From: an uncultured Alphaproteobacteria bacterium
GTDB lineage: Bacteria > Pseudomonadota > Alphaproteobacteria > UBA6615
Assembly (NCBI GenBank): GCA_964276015.1
Contig: CAXYDO010000001.1
Span: forward strand, 74,627-138,626
Length of the DNA: 64,000 nucleotides
Reading direction: 5' to 3'
The translations under genes and the position numbers were made by a program. Below, one piece after another: positions 20,407-31,629 of the stretch. Below the pieces are notes generated by a model that saw only the letters and a program-made list of their open reading frames with translations, made no database searches and had not been told where the DNA came from. Numbering within the stretch: the first letter of the stretch is position 1; every line of letters starts with the position of its first letter.

Positions 20407-21174
20407 CTAACGCCCCCGCAGCACCCGGTCGTACATCGCGAAAATATGCTCCCAGTCCCGATAGGCGGCATGCTTGTCGTACACATCCCGGTCGGGGATC
20501 GCGTAGCCGTGAGGCACGCCCGCATGAACCTCGTCAAAATAGGTCGTGGCCTGACCGTTGAAGGCGGCGCGCACGCCGGCGATCACTTCGGGCGGGGTGT
20601 AGTGATCCTCCTCGCCAAATCCGCCGTAGTATTCCCCGCGAATATTTCCCGCATCGCGATGAGGGGAATCCGTCCCCTCGACGACCAGACGGGTCGGGTG
20701 CAGGCTCGCGTTCGCCCGGAACAATTCGGGATGGGCCGCGGCCACCCGCAAGACATGGCGCCCGCCCATGCAATAGCCGATCGAGCCAGCAACATCGGAC
20801 CGGATCGTGGCTTCCCCGGCCAGGCGCGCCACCAGAGCGCCCGTATCAGCGACCGCCATAGCGTCGCTCAGATGGAGGCGGAACTCCTGAATTTTCTGCT
20901 GGTCGGCTTCGGGCAGGTCTTTGAGCGACGTGGTCGAGCCATCGGGCTGGCGATAGTCGAAATGCATCTCGCCCATCCGGTAATAAAGATCCGGAACCGC
21001 GACCGCATAACCCACGCTGGCGATGTGGCGCGCCAAATCAAACAGCTGCTCGCGTATCCCCCAGACATCCATGAACAGCACCACCGGCGCAAAGGGGCCG
21101 CCGGATTCGGGCTGCGCCACGAAGGTCTTCATAACGCCGTCTTGAGTCTCTACGGCGATCGTTTGTTCGTGCAT
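20407..21174 (-). CDS. Dienelactone hydrolase family protein
   Basis: Alpha/beta hydrolase with DLH-like segments (FAPVVLFMDVWGIREQLFDLARHIASVGYAVAVPDLYYR) and the catalytic GYCMGG nucleophile elbow. Confidence 0.8.
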   Translation of the reverse strand: MHEQTIAVETQDGVMKTFVAQPESGGPFAPVVLFMDVWGIREQLFDLARHIASVGYAVAVPDLYYRMGEMHFDYRQPDGSTTSLKDLPEADQQKIQEFRLHLSDAMAVADTGALVARLAGEATIRSDVAGSIGYCMGGRHVLRVAAAHPELFRANASLHPTRLVVEGTDSPHRDAGNIRGEYYGGFGEEDHYTPPEVIAGVRAAFNGQATTYFDEVHAGVPHGYAIPDRDVYDKHAAYRDWEHIFAMYDRVLRGR

Positions 21175-21285
21175 GGAAGCTTTCCGTTTCTACAGATTTA
21201 TTCGTGGCGCTGATTTCACTCGGTTGTGGCCCATTCGGCAAGGTGGCCGGCATTTTTTAGGGCCGAGACGCTTCGGCCTCTCAAT

Positions 21286-21320
21286 AGAAAAAGGCCCGGC
21301 TTGTTAAAGCCGGGCCTTTT
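21286..21320 (-). terminator. Rho-independent terminator downstream of tRNA-Gly (bidirectional hairpin)
   Basis: AAAAAGGCCCGGCTTGTTAAAGCCGGGCCTTTT: a perfect GC stem flanked by an A-run on one side and a T-run on the other. Confidence 0.6.
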
Positions 21321-21327
21321 AGAATTT

Positions 21328-21401
21328 GGAGCGGGAAACGAGATTCGAACTCGCGACCCTCACGTTGGCAACGTGATGCTCTACCACTGAGCTATTCCCG
21401 C
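21328..21401 (-). tRNA. tRNA-Gly (anticodon GCC)
   Basis: The reverse complement GCGGGAATAGCTCAGTGGTAGAGCATCACGTTGCCAACGTGAGGGTCGCGAGTTCGAATCTCGTTTCCCGCTCCA folds as a canonical cloverleaf with a GCC anticodon and an encoded CCA. Confidence 0.9.
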
Positions 21402-21492
21402 GTCGTGAGCGGGACATAACCGCAACCGACACATGATTTCAAGGGGTCATGTGACAATTCCGTCGGATTGATAAAAGCGCTATACCGCGAGC

Positions 21493-21996
21493 ATGGAAAA
21501 CGGACACAAAATCGAAGCCCCCTTGCTGGCGCGGCTGGCCGATCTCGGCATCGAAATCGCCATGCACCGCCACCCGCCACTACACACGGTGGAAGAATCG
21601 CGAGCCCTGCGCGGGGCCATGCCCGGAAGCCATATCAAGAATCTTTTTCTGCGCGACAAAAAGCGCAACCAGTGGCTGGTCACGGTGCCCGAGGACGCCT
21701 CGGTCGACCTCAAGGCCCTGCGTCACGTGCTGGGGGCTAGTGGTAATCTCAGTTTCGGTAGTGCGGAACGCCTGGAAACCGCGCTCGGGGTCCAGCCCGG
21801 CTCAGTGACCCCGTTTGCGGTGATGAACGACACCGAGGGTGACGTCACCATAGTGTTGGCTCACGCCGTCCTGGAGGCGGATCCGGTCAACGCCCACCCC
21901 CTGCACAACGAGGCCACGGCAGCGATCAGTAGCGCGGACCTGCTGCGCTTTCTGGAGGCCTGCCAACACAAGCCAGTACTGATAGATCTGCCCTGA
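21493..21996 (+). CDS. YbaK/ProX-type aminoacyl-tRNA deacylase domain protein
   Basis: 167 aa carrying the YbaK/ProX editing-domain signature GHIKNLFLRDKKRNQWLVTV...GSVTPFAV. Confidence 0.75.
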   Translation: MENGHKIEAPLLARLADLGIEIAMHRHPPLHTVEESRALRGAMPGSHIKNLFLRDKKRNQWLVTVPEDASVDLKALRHVLGASGNLSFGSAERLETALGVQPGSVTPFAVMNDTEGDVTIVLAHAVLEADPVNAHPLHNEATAAISSADLLRFLEACQHKPVLIDLP

Positions 21997-22105
21997 CCCG
22001 TGCCCTCGTCTGATCAAACCCGCAAACAGGGGTTGATACACCGCCCGCAAGGCTCCATCTTCTGGCTCAATCACCCAGAAAATCGCACGCAATAGAGTTA
22101 TCGCC

Positions 22106-23119
22106 ATGGACCCGATCGTCACAGACGCCAATGCCCCTATCCCCGATGCTGCCCCAGGTGCTGCCCCAGGTGCTGCCCCAGGTGCTGCACCCGTTATCGC
22201 ACCCGGCGCTGCGCCCGGTGCTAACGCGCGTCCCCTGATCATGGAAACCGACCAGAACGGCTTCATGGCCGACGTGATAGAAGCCTCGCGCGAAGGTCTG
22301 GTCATCGTCGACTTCTGGGCCACCTGGTGCGGCCCCTGCAAAACCCTGACCCCGATCATTGAAAAAGTCGTCCAGAAAGCTGGCGGCGCGGTTCGCCTGG
22401 TGAAGATCGATGTGGACAAGGCACCGGATATCTCCGGCCAACTGCAGATTAAGTCGATCCCGACCATTTATGCGTTCAAGGACGGTCAGCCCGTGGATGG
22501 CTTCCAGGGTGCGCTTCCCGAAAGCCAGGTCCAGGCCTGGGTTGACGAACTGATCACGAAGTATGGCGGCGTAGCCGATGCCGGCCCTTCTCCGCTCGAG
22601 CAGGCCCTCGACGCCGCTGATGCGGCCCTGGCCGAAGACGACATCGCCAATGCCGGCGGGCTGTATGCGCAGGTTCTCAACCAGGAACCCGAAAACCCCC
22701 GCGCCCTCACCGGTATGATCCGCGCCTATCTGAAGGCAGGCCAGCACGAGAAGGCCCGAGACATCGCCAACCAGGCGACCCCTGAAATCCTGAAGTCAGA
22801 CCTGTTAAGCAGTGCCATGGCCGCGCTGGAGCTGGCCGAAGCGGGCAGCGCTGTAGCGGGCGAGATCGATTCATTACGCGCCGCAATGGAAGCTGACCCG
22901 GCCGACAATCAGGCGGCCTACGACTTCGCCGTGGCGGCCTTCGCCTCCGGCGACCCTGAGGCCGCGATCGAGGCGCTTGTGGGAATCATCCGACGCAAGC
23001 GCGACTGGAACGAGGACGCGGCCCGGGTCGAACTCCTGAAAATCTTCGAGGCCCTCGGACCGACGGACCCGATCACCAATGACGGGCGACGCAAGCTCTC
23101 CTCCGTCCTGTTTTCATGA
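22106..23119 (+). CDS. Thioredoxin domain protein with C-terminal TPR-like domain (YbbN/CnoX-like co-chaperone)
   Basis: WCGPC active site inside a thioredoxin fold (VIVDFWATWCGPCKTLTPIIEKV) followed by a helical TPR-like tail. The N-terminus carries an (AAPG)n low-complexity tract. Confidence 0.8.
   Translation: MDPIVTDANAPIPDAAPGAAPGAAPGAAPVIAPGAAPGANARPLIMETDQNGFMADVIEASREGLVIVDFWATWCGPCKTLTPIIEKVVQKAGGAVRLVKIDVDKAPDISGQLQIKSIPTIYAFKDGQPVDGFQGALPESQVQAWVDELITKYGGVADAGPSPLEQALDAADAALAEDDIANAGGLYAQVLNQEPENPRALTGMIRAYLKAGQHEKARDIANQATPEILKSDLLSSAMAALELAEAGSAVAGEIDSLRAAMEADPADNQAAYDFAVAAFASGDPEAAIEALVGIIRRKRDWNEDAARVELLKIFEALGPTDPITNDGRRKLSSVLFS
22147..22182 (+). repeat. Perfect 12-bp tandem repeat (GCTGCCCCAGGT x3, with degenerate copies out to about 22221) encoding (AAPG)n
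   Basis: Read directly from the sequence inside the thioredoxin gene N-terminus. Confidence 0.85.
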
Positions 23120-23784
23120 TCGGGGACATCCCCGGCAACGCGCTCCCGGTCGAGCTTCCTCTTTTTCCCCTCAACGGGGTGCTGTTGCTGCCCCGCGGGA
23201 CCCTCCCCCTGAATGTGTTTGAGCCCCGCTATCTCGCGATGGTCGATGCCGCTTTGGCCGGGGATCGCATGATCGGTATCGTGCAACCCGCCGCAGACGG
23301 GGTCGCCGGGTTAAGCGCACCAGACGGTACAAACCTCTATCGAATCGGTTGTGTCGGTCGCATCCGCGCCTTCCAGGAGACCGATGACGGCCACTACATG
23401 ATTGAGCTGCGCGGGCTAAGCAGATTCACCATCGCCGAGGAGCTCGACCTGCGCGACGGCTATCGCCGGATCCGCACCGATTATTCGGGCTTCCCGAATG
23501 ATCTGGCACCTGCCGCCGACACCCCGATCGAACGAGAGCGCCTGCTCGCCAGCCTGAAAGGCTATTTCGAGCTCCAGAGTATCCAGGCCGACTGGGACTC
23601 TCTGGTCAAAACTCCCGACGCACGTCTGATCACCACCCTGGCGATGGTCTGTCCGTTCGATACAGCTGAAAAACAAGTGCTACTGGAAAGTGAAAACCTC
23701 GCCCAATTGTGCAAATTGCTGATCGGGTTTATCGAATCCAACCTGCGGGCCAACAATGACAACGGCAATCCCGCGCTAAATTGA
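23116..23784 (+). CDS. LON N-terminal substrate-binding domain protein
   Basis: LFPLNGVLLLPRGTLPLNVFEPRYLAMVD is the Lon-N (PUA-like) signature. The start overlaps the upstream stop as ATGA. Confidence 0.75.
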   Translation: MIGDIPGNALPVELPLFPLNGVLLLPRGTLPLNVFEPRYLAMVDAALAGDRMIGIVQPAADGVAGLSAPDGTNLYRIGCVGRIRAFQETDDGHYMIELRGLSRFTIAEELDLRDGYRRIRTDYSGFPNDLAPAADTPIERERLLASLKGYFELQSIQADWDSLVKTPDARLITTLAMVCPFDTAEKQVLLESENLAQLCKLLIGFIESNLRANNDNGNPALN

Positions 23785-23793
23785 GGACACGTC

Positions 23794-23994
23794 ATGGCTC
23801 CGCCAGATTCCACCACCGTGGATCCCAAACTGCTCGAAATTCTGGTCTGCCCCCTGACCAAGGGCCCGCTCACCTATGATGCCGGCGCCCAGGAGCTGAT
23901 AAGCAAACAAGCCGGTCTGGCCTACCCGATCCGCGATGGCATTCCGATCATGCTGGCCGAAGAAGCCCGCAAGCTGGATGCAGACCCCTCGTGA
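23794..23994 (+). CDS. Trm112 family protein (UPF0434)
   Basis: 66 aa with the [14 protein letters not shown]...[14 protein letters not shown] signature. Confidence 0.8.
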   Translation: MAPPDSTTVDPKLLEILVCPLTKGPLTYDAGAQELISKQAGLAYPIRDGIPIMLAEEARKLDADPS

Positions 23995-24356
23995 GTGATA
24001 CCGATATCCACGTCACCGCGCTGCGTTACAGCAAGGACAGCAAGGCCCTGTCCGTCACCTTTGACGATGGATTTTCCTATGATCTACCGACCGAATATAT
24101 GCGGGTCTACAGCCCGTCTGCCGAGGTCCGCGGCCACGGCGCCGATGAACGCAAAATTATCGCCGGACGGCGTCATGTGGGAATTATGAAAATTGAGCCG
24201 GTGGGCAATTACGCCGTGCAGATTCATTTCGACGATTTACACGACACCGGCTTGTTCAGCTGGGCCTATCTTCGCGAGCTCGCCGACCGCCACACCGAAT
24301 GGTGGGATCGGTACCTAAAAGATCTGGAAGATCGTGGGCTTTCCCGCGACCCCTGA
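23991..24356 (+). CDS. DUF971 domain protein (gamma-butyrobetaine hydroxylase-like N-terminal domain)
   Basis: The GTG start overlaps the Trm112 stop as GTGA. The sequence has the DUF971-like pattern (...[15 protein letters not shown]...[20 protein letters not shown]). Confidence 0.65.
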   Translation: MSDTDIHVTALRYSKDSKALSVTFDDGFSYDLPTEYMRVYSPSAEVRGHGADERKIIAGRRHVGIMKIEPVGNYAVQIHFDDLHDTGLFSWAYLRELADRHTEWWDRYLKDLEDRGLSRDP

Positions 24357-24365
24357 GGGCCACGG

Positions 24366-25622
24366 CTAAAGCGCTTCGCCCCTCACGAGCCGCGGCAAAT
24401 CACCGACCACGCCCATGGCATGACGCATGAATAATTTTCGCAGGGGCGGGGTTGCGTTAACCGCGGCCAGGCCCAGATCGCGAACAGCGCGCACCGGCGC
24501 AACGTCATTCGAAAACAACCGCGTTAGCCCGTCGGTGGTGACCGTGAGCATCATGTTGTCGACCCGGCGCCACCGCTCGTAATCCGAAAGAATATCTGGA
24601 TCGCCAATGTCACGCCCAAGCCGGCGCGCATCGACCACCAACTCGGCCAACGCAGCCACATCGCGGATGCCCATGTTCAGGCCCTGGCCGGCAATCGGAT
24701 GGATCGCGTGGGCGGCATCACCCACCAGCGCCAGGCGTTGGTCGGTATATCTGGTCGCATGGCTGAGGCCGAGGGGGTGAACCCAACGTGGGCTCGCCAC
24801 GGCAATCTCGCCAAGGAACCCACCGACGCATTGCGCCAAGGCTTCGGTGAAGGCGGCATCATGGAGGTCGCGCAAACTTGGAACCAGAGCGTTGGATTCG
24901 CTCCAGACCACCGACGACTGATGGCGTAACCCCGCGACCGGGGTCGCCAGATCGTTCATCGGGAGCAACGCGAAAGGGCCGCCGGGCAAAAATCTTTCAT
25001 GGGCGATGTTCTGATGCGGACGCTCATGGGCGATCGAGCAGACAAAACTTGACTGGTCATATCGCCATTCGGTGACGGGAATCCCGGCGTCACGCCGCAG
25101 GGTTGAGTTACGTCCGTCACACGCAAACACGACCCGCCCCCGGATCGTTGAACCATCTGTGAGTTCTGCGGTCACACCAGTTTCAGTTCGCGTGATCTCA
25201 GCGATCTCCGCCGGGGCCAACAGTTGCAAATTATCGACCGCTTTTACCCGGTCAAATAGTGCCGAACGGATCAGCCGGTTCGCGATGATGTGTCCCAAGG
25301 GGACATCGCCGGTCTCACGATGGTCGAAATGCAGAAACATCAGTGAATCACCATCACTGACCCGGATTGTATCGATCGGGCAGGCATGGGCAGTGATCCC
25401 GTCCCACAACCCGACCCCGTCGAGCACATTGGCACTACCGGCCGCGATGGCGGTGGTGCGTCCGTCCAGCGCCCCATCGGCAAGCATCGTGGGGTCGGCC
25501 CGGTCGATGACCGCGACCTCGATTCCAGCCGAAGCAAGAGCATGCCCCAGGGTCATCCCCGCCATACCAGCCCCGATCACAATCGCTTCGACACTTTGGG
25601 TCTGCGGCAATGCATTCGTCAT
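24366..25622 (-). CDS. UbiH/UbiF/VisC/COQ6 family FAD-dependent hydroxylase
   Basis: GxGxxG FAD fingerprint (IVIGAGMAGMTLGHALASAGIEVAVIDR) and a UbiH-family C-terminal region. ATG at 25622 (MTNALPQ) has a GAGG four nt upstream. The track start at 25658 adds 12 residues. Confidence 0.75.
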   Translation of the reverse strand: MTNALPQTQSVEAIVIGAGMAGMTLGHALASAGIEVAVIDRADPTMLADGALDGRTTAIAAGSANVLDGVGLWDGITAHACPIDTIRVSDGDSLMFLHFDHRETGDVPLGHIIANRLIRSALFDRVKAVDNLQLLAPAEIAEITRTETGVTAELTDGSTIRGRVVFACDGRNSTLRRDAGIPVTEWRYDQSSFVCSIAHERPHQNIAHERFLPGGPFALLPMNDLATPVAGLRHQSSVVWSESNALVPSLRDLHDAAFTEALAQCVGGFLGEIAVASPRWVHPLGLSHATRYTDQRLALVGDAAHAIHPIAGQGLNMGIRDVAALAELVVDARRLGRDIGDPDILSDYERWRRVDNMMLTVTTDGLTRLFSNDVAPVRAVRDLGLAAVNATPPLRKLFMRHAMGVVGDLPRLVRGEAL

Positions 25623-25710
25623 GCCTCGAAGATCGCGCGACCGCCGGGCCATGTCCATGCGTCACAAACGCCCGAACGTAATGTCTATTATTTATACAGA
25701 TAAATAAAAT

Positions 25711-25727
25711 TGCACATAATTTGTGCA
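25711..25727 (+). promoter_or_regulatory. Candidate NtrC enhancer-binding site (TGCACATAATTTGTGCA)
   Basis: A perfect TGCAC-N7-GTGCA dyad that resembles the NtrC consensus TGCACC-N5-GGTGCA, about 170 bp upstream of glnK. Confidence 0.4.
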
Positions 25728-25799
25728 CAGGCGCGGGCTCTCCTCGCTGTCGAGATCCCTTAAGCCTTTGTTTATGGGCGATTTTTTTTCCCGAAATGC

Positions 25800-25815
25800 T
25801 GGCACGGGGCTTGTA
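25800..25815 (+). promoter_or_regulatory. Candidate sigma-54 (-24/-12) promoter, TGGCACGGGGCTTGTA
   Basis: TGGCAC-N5-TTGT matches the sigma-54 consensus TGGCACG-N4-TTGC except at the final C. It ends about 67 bp upstream of the glnK ATG. Confidence 0.4.
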
Positions 25816-25881
25816 ATGAAGACCCCGACATCCGCACCCAAATCATTGGGTGCGGCCACTGGTGACGCAAAGGGGATTTTC

Positions 25882-26220
25882 ATGAAGCTGGTCATGGCGG
25901 TGATCAAACCGTTCAAACTCGACGATGTGCGTGAAGCGCTCAATGAACTCGGCGTCCAGGGCCTGACCGCGTCTGAAGTCAAAGGCTACGGGCGCCAAAA
26001 GGGACAAACAGAAATTTATCGCGGCGCTGAATACGCCGTGAGCTTTCTGCCCAAGGTGAAGGTGGAGGTCGTTGTCGACGATAACCAGATCGATTCCATC
26101 GTCGAAGTCATCGCCAAGGCCGCCAATACCGGCCGGATCGGGGACGGCAAGGTTTTTGTCATCGACGTGCAAAGCGCCATGCGAATTCGGACCGGTGAAA
26201 CCGGCTCCGAAGCGCTTTAG
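25882..26220 (+). CDS. glnK: Nitrogen regulatory protein P-II (GlnK-type, linked to amtB)
   Basis: 112 aa, MKLVMAVIKPFKLDDVREALNELGVQGLTASEVKGYGRQKGQTEIYRGAEY..., with the T-loop Tyr51. RBS AAGGGGA. Confidence 0.92.
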   Translation: MKLVMAVIKPFKLDDVREALNELGVQGLTASEVKGYGRQKGQTEIYRGAEYAVSFLPKVKVEVVVDDNQIDSIVEVIAKAANTGRIGDGKVFVIDVQSAMRIRTGETGSEAL

Positions 26221-26239
26221 ACAAAGGGAGATACTCAGA

Positions 26240-27595
<1,356 letters not shown>

Positions 27596-27628
27596 ACGCC
27601 TTACTTTTCCAATCCCTCCACACCTGTC

Positions 27629-27660
27629 AGAGCCCGGCGTCAATCGCCGGGCTCTTTTTG
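27629..27660 (+). terminator. Rho-independent terminator after amtB
   Basis: AGAGCCCGGCG-tcaat-CGCCGGGCTCT followed by TTTTT. Confidence 0.65.
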
Positions 27661-27889
27661 TGCCCACTACCCTTTTGCACCCGGAAATGACCCGGAGGGC
27701 TTCAAATTGTGACATTTTCACGTTTTTCACCCGTCATGTGATGATTTAGGTCCCGAGAAATCTCCTCAGATTCGCAACGCACGGACGCATTTTTCTTGAG
27801 TGATTTATTAGCTTGTGGATACAAGCGTATGACTCTGATAGTGTTTTTGTGATCTCAGCTCTTTTTTGCGGCGAGAACGGCGAGCCTGG

Positions 27890-29093
27890 CATGCACAACG
27901 ATATACTCGATTCACTCTCTGACTATCCGTTCGACCGGCTGCGCGCGCTGCTTGGCACGACGGAAGCGCCTGCCGGGATGACGCCTATCCACATGCAAAT
28001 CGGTGAGCCCAAGCACGCCCCACCGGAGTTCATCGAGCCCATCCTGACCCAGGACATGTCAGAATGGGGTCGATATCCGCCCCCCAATGGCACTGCCGGT
28101 CTCAGGGACGCGATCGCAGCCTGGCTTGAACAGCGCTACGCATTGGCCGCCGACACGATTGACCCCAATCAGCACATCGCGATTGTCTCGGGCACAAGAG
28201 AAGCGCTGTTCATGGCCGCGTTGCTGGCGGTCCCCACAGCGAAGAACGGCGTCCAACCTGCTGTTTTAATGCCCAATCCCTTCTACCAGGTCTATGTCGG
28301 GGCCGGCGCACTGGCCCGGGCGGATGTGGTCTATCTCCCGGCGGGGTCCGAGACCGGATTCCAGCCCAATTTCGATCAGGTTCCCGAGGCGGACCTTGCC
28401 CGTGTGGCTTTGGCCTATATCAACACCCCGGCTAATCCCCAGGGTTCGGTTGCAACCCTCGATCAGCTCAAAAATGCTATCGGGCTCGCCCGGCGCAACG
28501 ATTTCGTTCTCGCCGTCGACGAATGCTATTCCGAGATTTACACCGGCGCGAAGCCGCCAGGCCTGTTTGATGCCTGCCGGGGGCTGGGCGGGGATGAGCC
28601 GTTTAAAAACACTCTGGTCTTCCACAGTCTGAGCAAGCGCTCCAACGTCCCCGGCCTGCGGTCGGGCTTTGTGGCCGGTGATCCCGACCTCATTCGCCTG
28701 TTGCTGCGCCTGCGCCAGTATGGCGGCGCCCAGGTGCCTCTCCCGGTCATGAACGCGTCCGCCGCGCTGTGGCGTGACGAAACCCATGTTGAGGAAAGCC
28801 GGGCGCTGTATCAGACCAAATTTGACCTCGCGCTCGAAATGCTCGACGGCAAGTTTGGCGCTTTCCGGCCCGGGGGCGGATTCTACCTGTGGCTCGATGT
28901 GGGCGACAGCGAAGCCGCAACCTACAAGCTTTGGACCGAGGCTGGTCTCCGGGTTTTGCCCGGTGCCTACCTCGCACGGGACAATGCGAACGGCACCAAT
29001 CCGGGTGCCGCGTATATCCGTATGGCCCTGGTACACGATCTCGACACCACCCGCGATGCGATCGCGCGGCTCCTTAATACTCTCGACCACTAG
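27890..29093 (+). CDS. Class I PLP-dependent aminotransferase (succinyldiaminopimelate aminotransferase DapC-like)
   Basis: The DYPFDRLRALLG N-terminal motif and overall similarity point to the DapC/ArgD-related aminotransferase I family. The ATG at 27890 is chosen over the TTG track start at 27813. Confidence 0.65.
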
Positions 29094-29123
29094 TCACGAA
29101 CGTGCAGACGAAAGACGACTGAC

Positions 29124-31559
29124 ATGGCGACAAAGACACAAACCGGACCCGCGCGCGGCTTTGCCCGCGGCCTGGCACAACGGCTGACCTTCCTGCCCGA
29201 TCCCGTCCGTGAGTTTCTCTACCGCCGCGGGCTCGAGGTGTTCGGACTTGTTTTGATCGCCGCCGCCGCTGCTCTGGCTTTGGCGCTGGCCAGCTATGAC
29301 AGCCTCGATATTTCCCTGAACAACGCGAGCGGCCAGGCCGCCGGCAACCTTTTAGGAGCAACTGGAGCCACCCTGGCCGATCTGTCCCTGCAATCCTTCG
29401 GCATCGTGGCCCTGATGCCGGTGCTGGTGTTTCTGGCCTGGGGCACCCGCCTGATGCGCCATCTTCCGGTCCGTCGGCTTGGCTGGCGCGTCTTGTGCCT
29501 GCTACTGGCCCTGTGTGCGGCCGCGTTCGCCCTGCAAATTGTCCCGGTGCCCGCGGGCTGGCCATTACGTGCCGGACTTGGTGGCACGTTCGGCGCCCTG
29601 ACCTTCGCTCCGGCCTCTGGTTGGCTTGGGGGATACGGGATCGCACCGGTGTATCTCGGCCTGGCATTCGCCCCGATGGCCGCACTGTTCCTGTTTGTGG
29701 CCCTCGGCCTCTCCCGTACCGAGTGGCACGGATTGGGCCACGGCATCACCAGTCTGACCCGGCTCAGCGCCCAGGGGGCCGGCTGGGCCGCGCGCCTGGG
29801 TAGCAAAACCGCGCGCCGCGGCAGCGATAGTCTCCGCGGCCTGGTCGCCGAACGCGGCACCGTGCGGGCTGAACCCCGCTTGCTTCCCGCCAAGACGCCC
29901 GCACCGCCTTCGCGGGGCCGAACTGCGGATGACGACGAGGAAGATCAGTCCCCGCCCGCCCCGCGCCGGGTCGCCCCACGGGCCCAGAAACCCAAGCCCG
30001 GCAAACGTGCCGAGGCGTCCCGCCAGCGTAAGCTCGACCTGCCCACACCGGGCGGCGAATACGAATTTCCCCCGCTCGATCTGCTCGAAGAGGCGGACGA
30101 ATCTGTCCGCGTGGCCGGCCGCGCCAAGGACGACAACCTCGAAGCCAATGCACGGTTGCTGGAATCGGTGCTGGAGGATTTCGGCGTTCACGGTGAAATT
30201 GTTCAGGTCCGCCCCGGCCCCGTGGTCACGCTTTATGAGCTAGAGCCCGCCCCGGGCACCAAGACCAGCCGGGTGATCGGCCTGGCCGGTGACATCGCCC
30301 GTTCGATGAGCGCGGTTTCCGTCCGCATCGCCGTGGTCCCAGGCCAGAACGTCATCGGGATCGAATTGCCCAACGCGTCGCGCGAGATGGTGTATCTGCG
30401 CGAGTTGCTGTCCTCCCGACCCTTCGAGAAGCACAACGGAGATCTCAATCTTGCCCTCGGCAAAGATATCGGAGGCGATCCGGTCACCGTCGATCTGGCC
30501 CGTATGCCCCATCTGCTGATCGCAGGCACAACCGGGTCGGGCAAGTCGGTCGGCGTCAACTCGATGATCGCCTCGCTCCTCTACCGGCTGCGGCCCGAGG
30601 AATGCCGTTTCATCATGATCGATCCCAAAATGCTCGAGCTCTCCGTCTATGACGGGATCCCGCATCTGCTGTCGCCAGTAGTGACCGACCCGAAAAAGGC
30701 CGTGGTGGCCCTCAAATGGGTCGTGCGGGAAATGGAAAACCGCTACCGGTCCATGTCAAAGCTCGGCGTGCGCAATGTCGCCGGCTACAACCAGCGGATC
30801 GAAGAAGCGCGCAAGAAGGGGGAGATTCTTTCCCGCAAGGTGCAGACCGGTTTCGACGAGGAAACCGGCAAGCCGGTCTTCGAGGAACAACCCCTCGACA
30901 TGGTCGCGCTGCCCTTTATCGTGGTGGTCGTCGACGAGATGGCCGACCTGATGCTGGTCGCCGGCAAGGATGTCGAAGCCGCCATTCAGCGTCTCGCCCA
31001 GATGGCGCGCGCCGCGGGCATTCATCTCATTCTGGCCACCCAGCGACCCTCGGTTGATGTGATCACCGGCACCATCAAGGCCAATTTGCCCACCCGGATC
31101 AGTTTCCAGGTGACAACAAAGATCGACAGCCGGACCATCCTCGGCGAACAAGGGGCCGAGCAGCTGCTGGGTCAGGGCGATATGCTCTACATGGCTGGCG
31201 GCGGGCGGATCACCCGTGTCCATGGTCCGTTCCTGGCCGATGCCGAAGTCGAGGATTTGGTCGCGTTCCTGAAAGCCCAGGGCGAGCCGGAATATCTCGA
31301 TGAGGTGACCGAGGATAGCGCCGCCGCAGACGGCATCCCCGGCTTCGAACCCAGCGAAGACAGCGGCGACGATCTCTATGATCGCGCCGTCGCTCTGGTA
31401 GCTCGTGAGCAGAAGGCTTCCACCAGCTTTATCCAGCGCCACCTGCAAATCGGCTACAACCGCGCCGCGCGCATCATCGAACAGATGGAAAAAGAAAGCG
31501 TGGTCGGTCAGGCAAACCACGTGGGCAAACGTGAAGTCCTGGTCAGCGATCACGGTTAA
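29124..31559 (+). CDS. ftsK: DNA translocase FtsK
   Basis: N-terminal TM segments, a Pro/Ala/Arg-rich linker, a motor domain with Walker A ([18 protein letters not shown]) and Walker B ([10 protein letters not shown]), and a C-terminal gamma domain. Confidence 0.92.
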   Translation: MATKTQTGPARGFARGLAQRLTFLPDPVREFLYRRGLEVFGLVLIAAAAALALALASYDSLDISLNNASGQAAGNLLGATGATLADLSLQSFGIVALMPVLVFLAWGTRLMRHLPVRRLGWRVLCLLLALCAAAFALQIVPVPAGWPLRAGLGGTFGALTFAPASGWLGGYGIAPVYLGLAFAPMAALFLFVALGLSRTEWHGLGHGITSLTRLSAQGAGWAARLGSKTARRGSDSLRGLVAERGTVRAEPRLLPAKTPAPPSRGRTADDDEEDQSPPAPRRVAPRAQKPKPGKRAEASRQRKLDLPTPGGEYEFPPLDLLEEADESVRVAGRAKDDNLEANARLLESVLEDFGVHGEIVQVRPGPVVTLYELEPAPGTKTSRVIGLAGDIARSMSAVSVRIAVVPGQNVIGIELPNASREMVYLRELLSSRPFEKHNGDLNLALGKDIGGDPVTVDLARMPHLLIAGTTGSGKSVGVNSMIASLLYRLRPEECRFIMIDPKMLELSVYDGIPHLLSPVVTDPKKAVVALKWVVREMENRYRSMSKLGVRNVAGYNQRIEEARKKGEILSRKVQTGFDEETGKPVFEEQPLDMVALPFIVVVVDEMADLMLVAGKDVEAAIQRLAQMARAAGIHLILATQRPSVDVITGTIKANLPTRISFQVTTKIDSRTILGEQGAEQLLGQGDMLYMAGGGRITRVHGPFLADAEVEDLVAFLKAQGEPEYLDEVTEDSAAADGIPGFEPSEDSGDDLYDRAVALVAREQKASTSFIQRHLQIGYNRAARIIEQMEKESVVGQANHVGKREVLVSDHG

Positions 31560-31629
31560 TCGACCAGGCAGGCCCAAAATCACAAAATCATCACTCGCGG
31601 TTTGCCTTCGAGACACCTATCTTGAGACC

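Noticed and set aside
20399-20425. A GC hairpin (GCGGGG-ctaac-CCCCGC) between the convergent DUF1993 and dienelactone hydrolase genes as a bidirectional terminator
   Set aside because: It overlaps the 3' end of the dienelactone hydrolase coding sequence and lacks a clear U-tract on either side, so it is left uncalled.
21802-22747. Long minus-strand ORFs (221 and 226 aa) antisense to the thioredoxin gene
   Set aside because: They are artefacts of high-GC DNA and the AAPG repeat, which reads as Gly/Ala/Pro repeats on either strand. They have no start or RBS context and overlap a well-supported gene entirely.
29074-30665. Several antisense ORFs of 100-208 aa across ftsK
   Set aside because: This is the same antisense artefact. 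ftsK is unambiguous and the antisense translations are Arg/Pro/Gly-rich with no family features.
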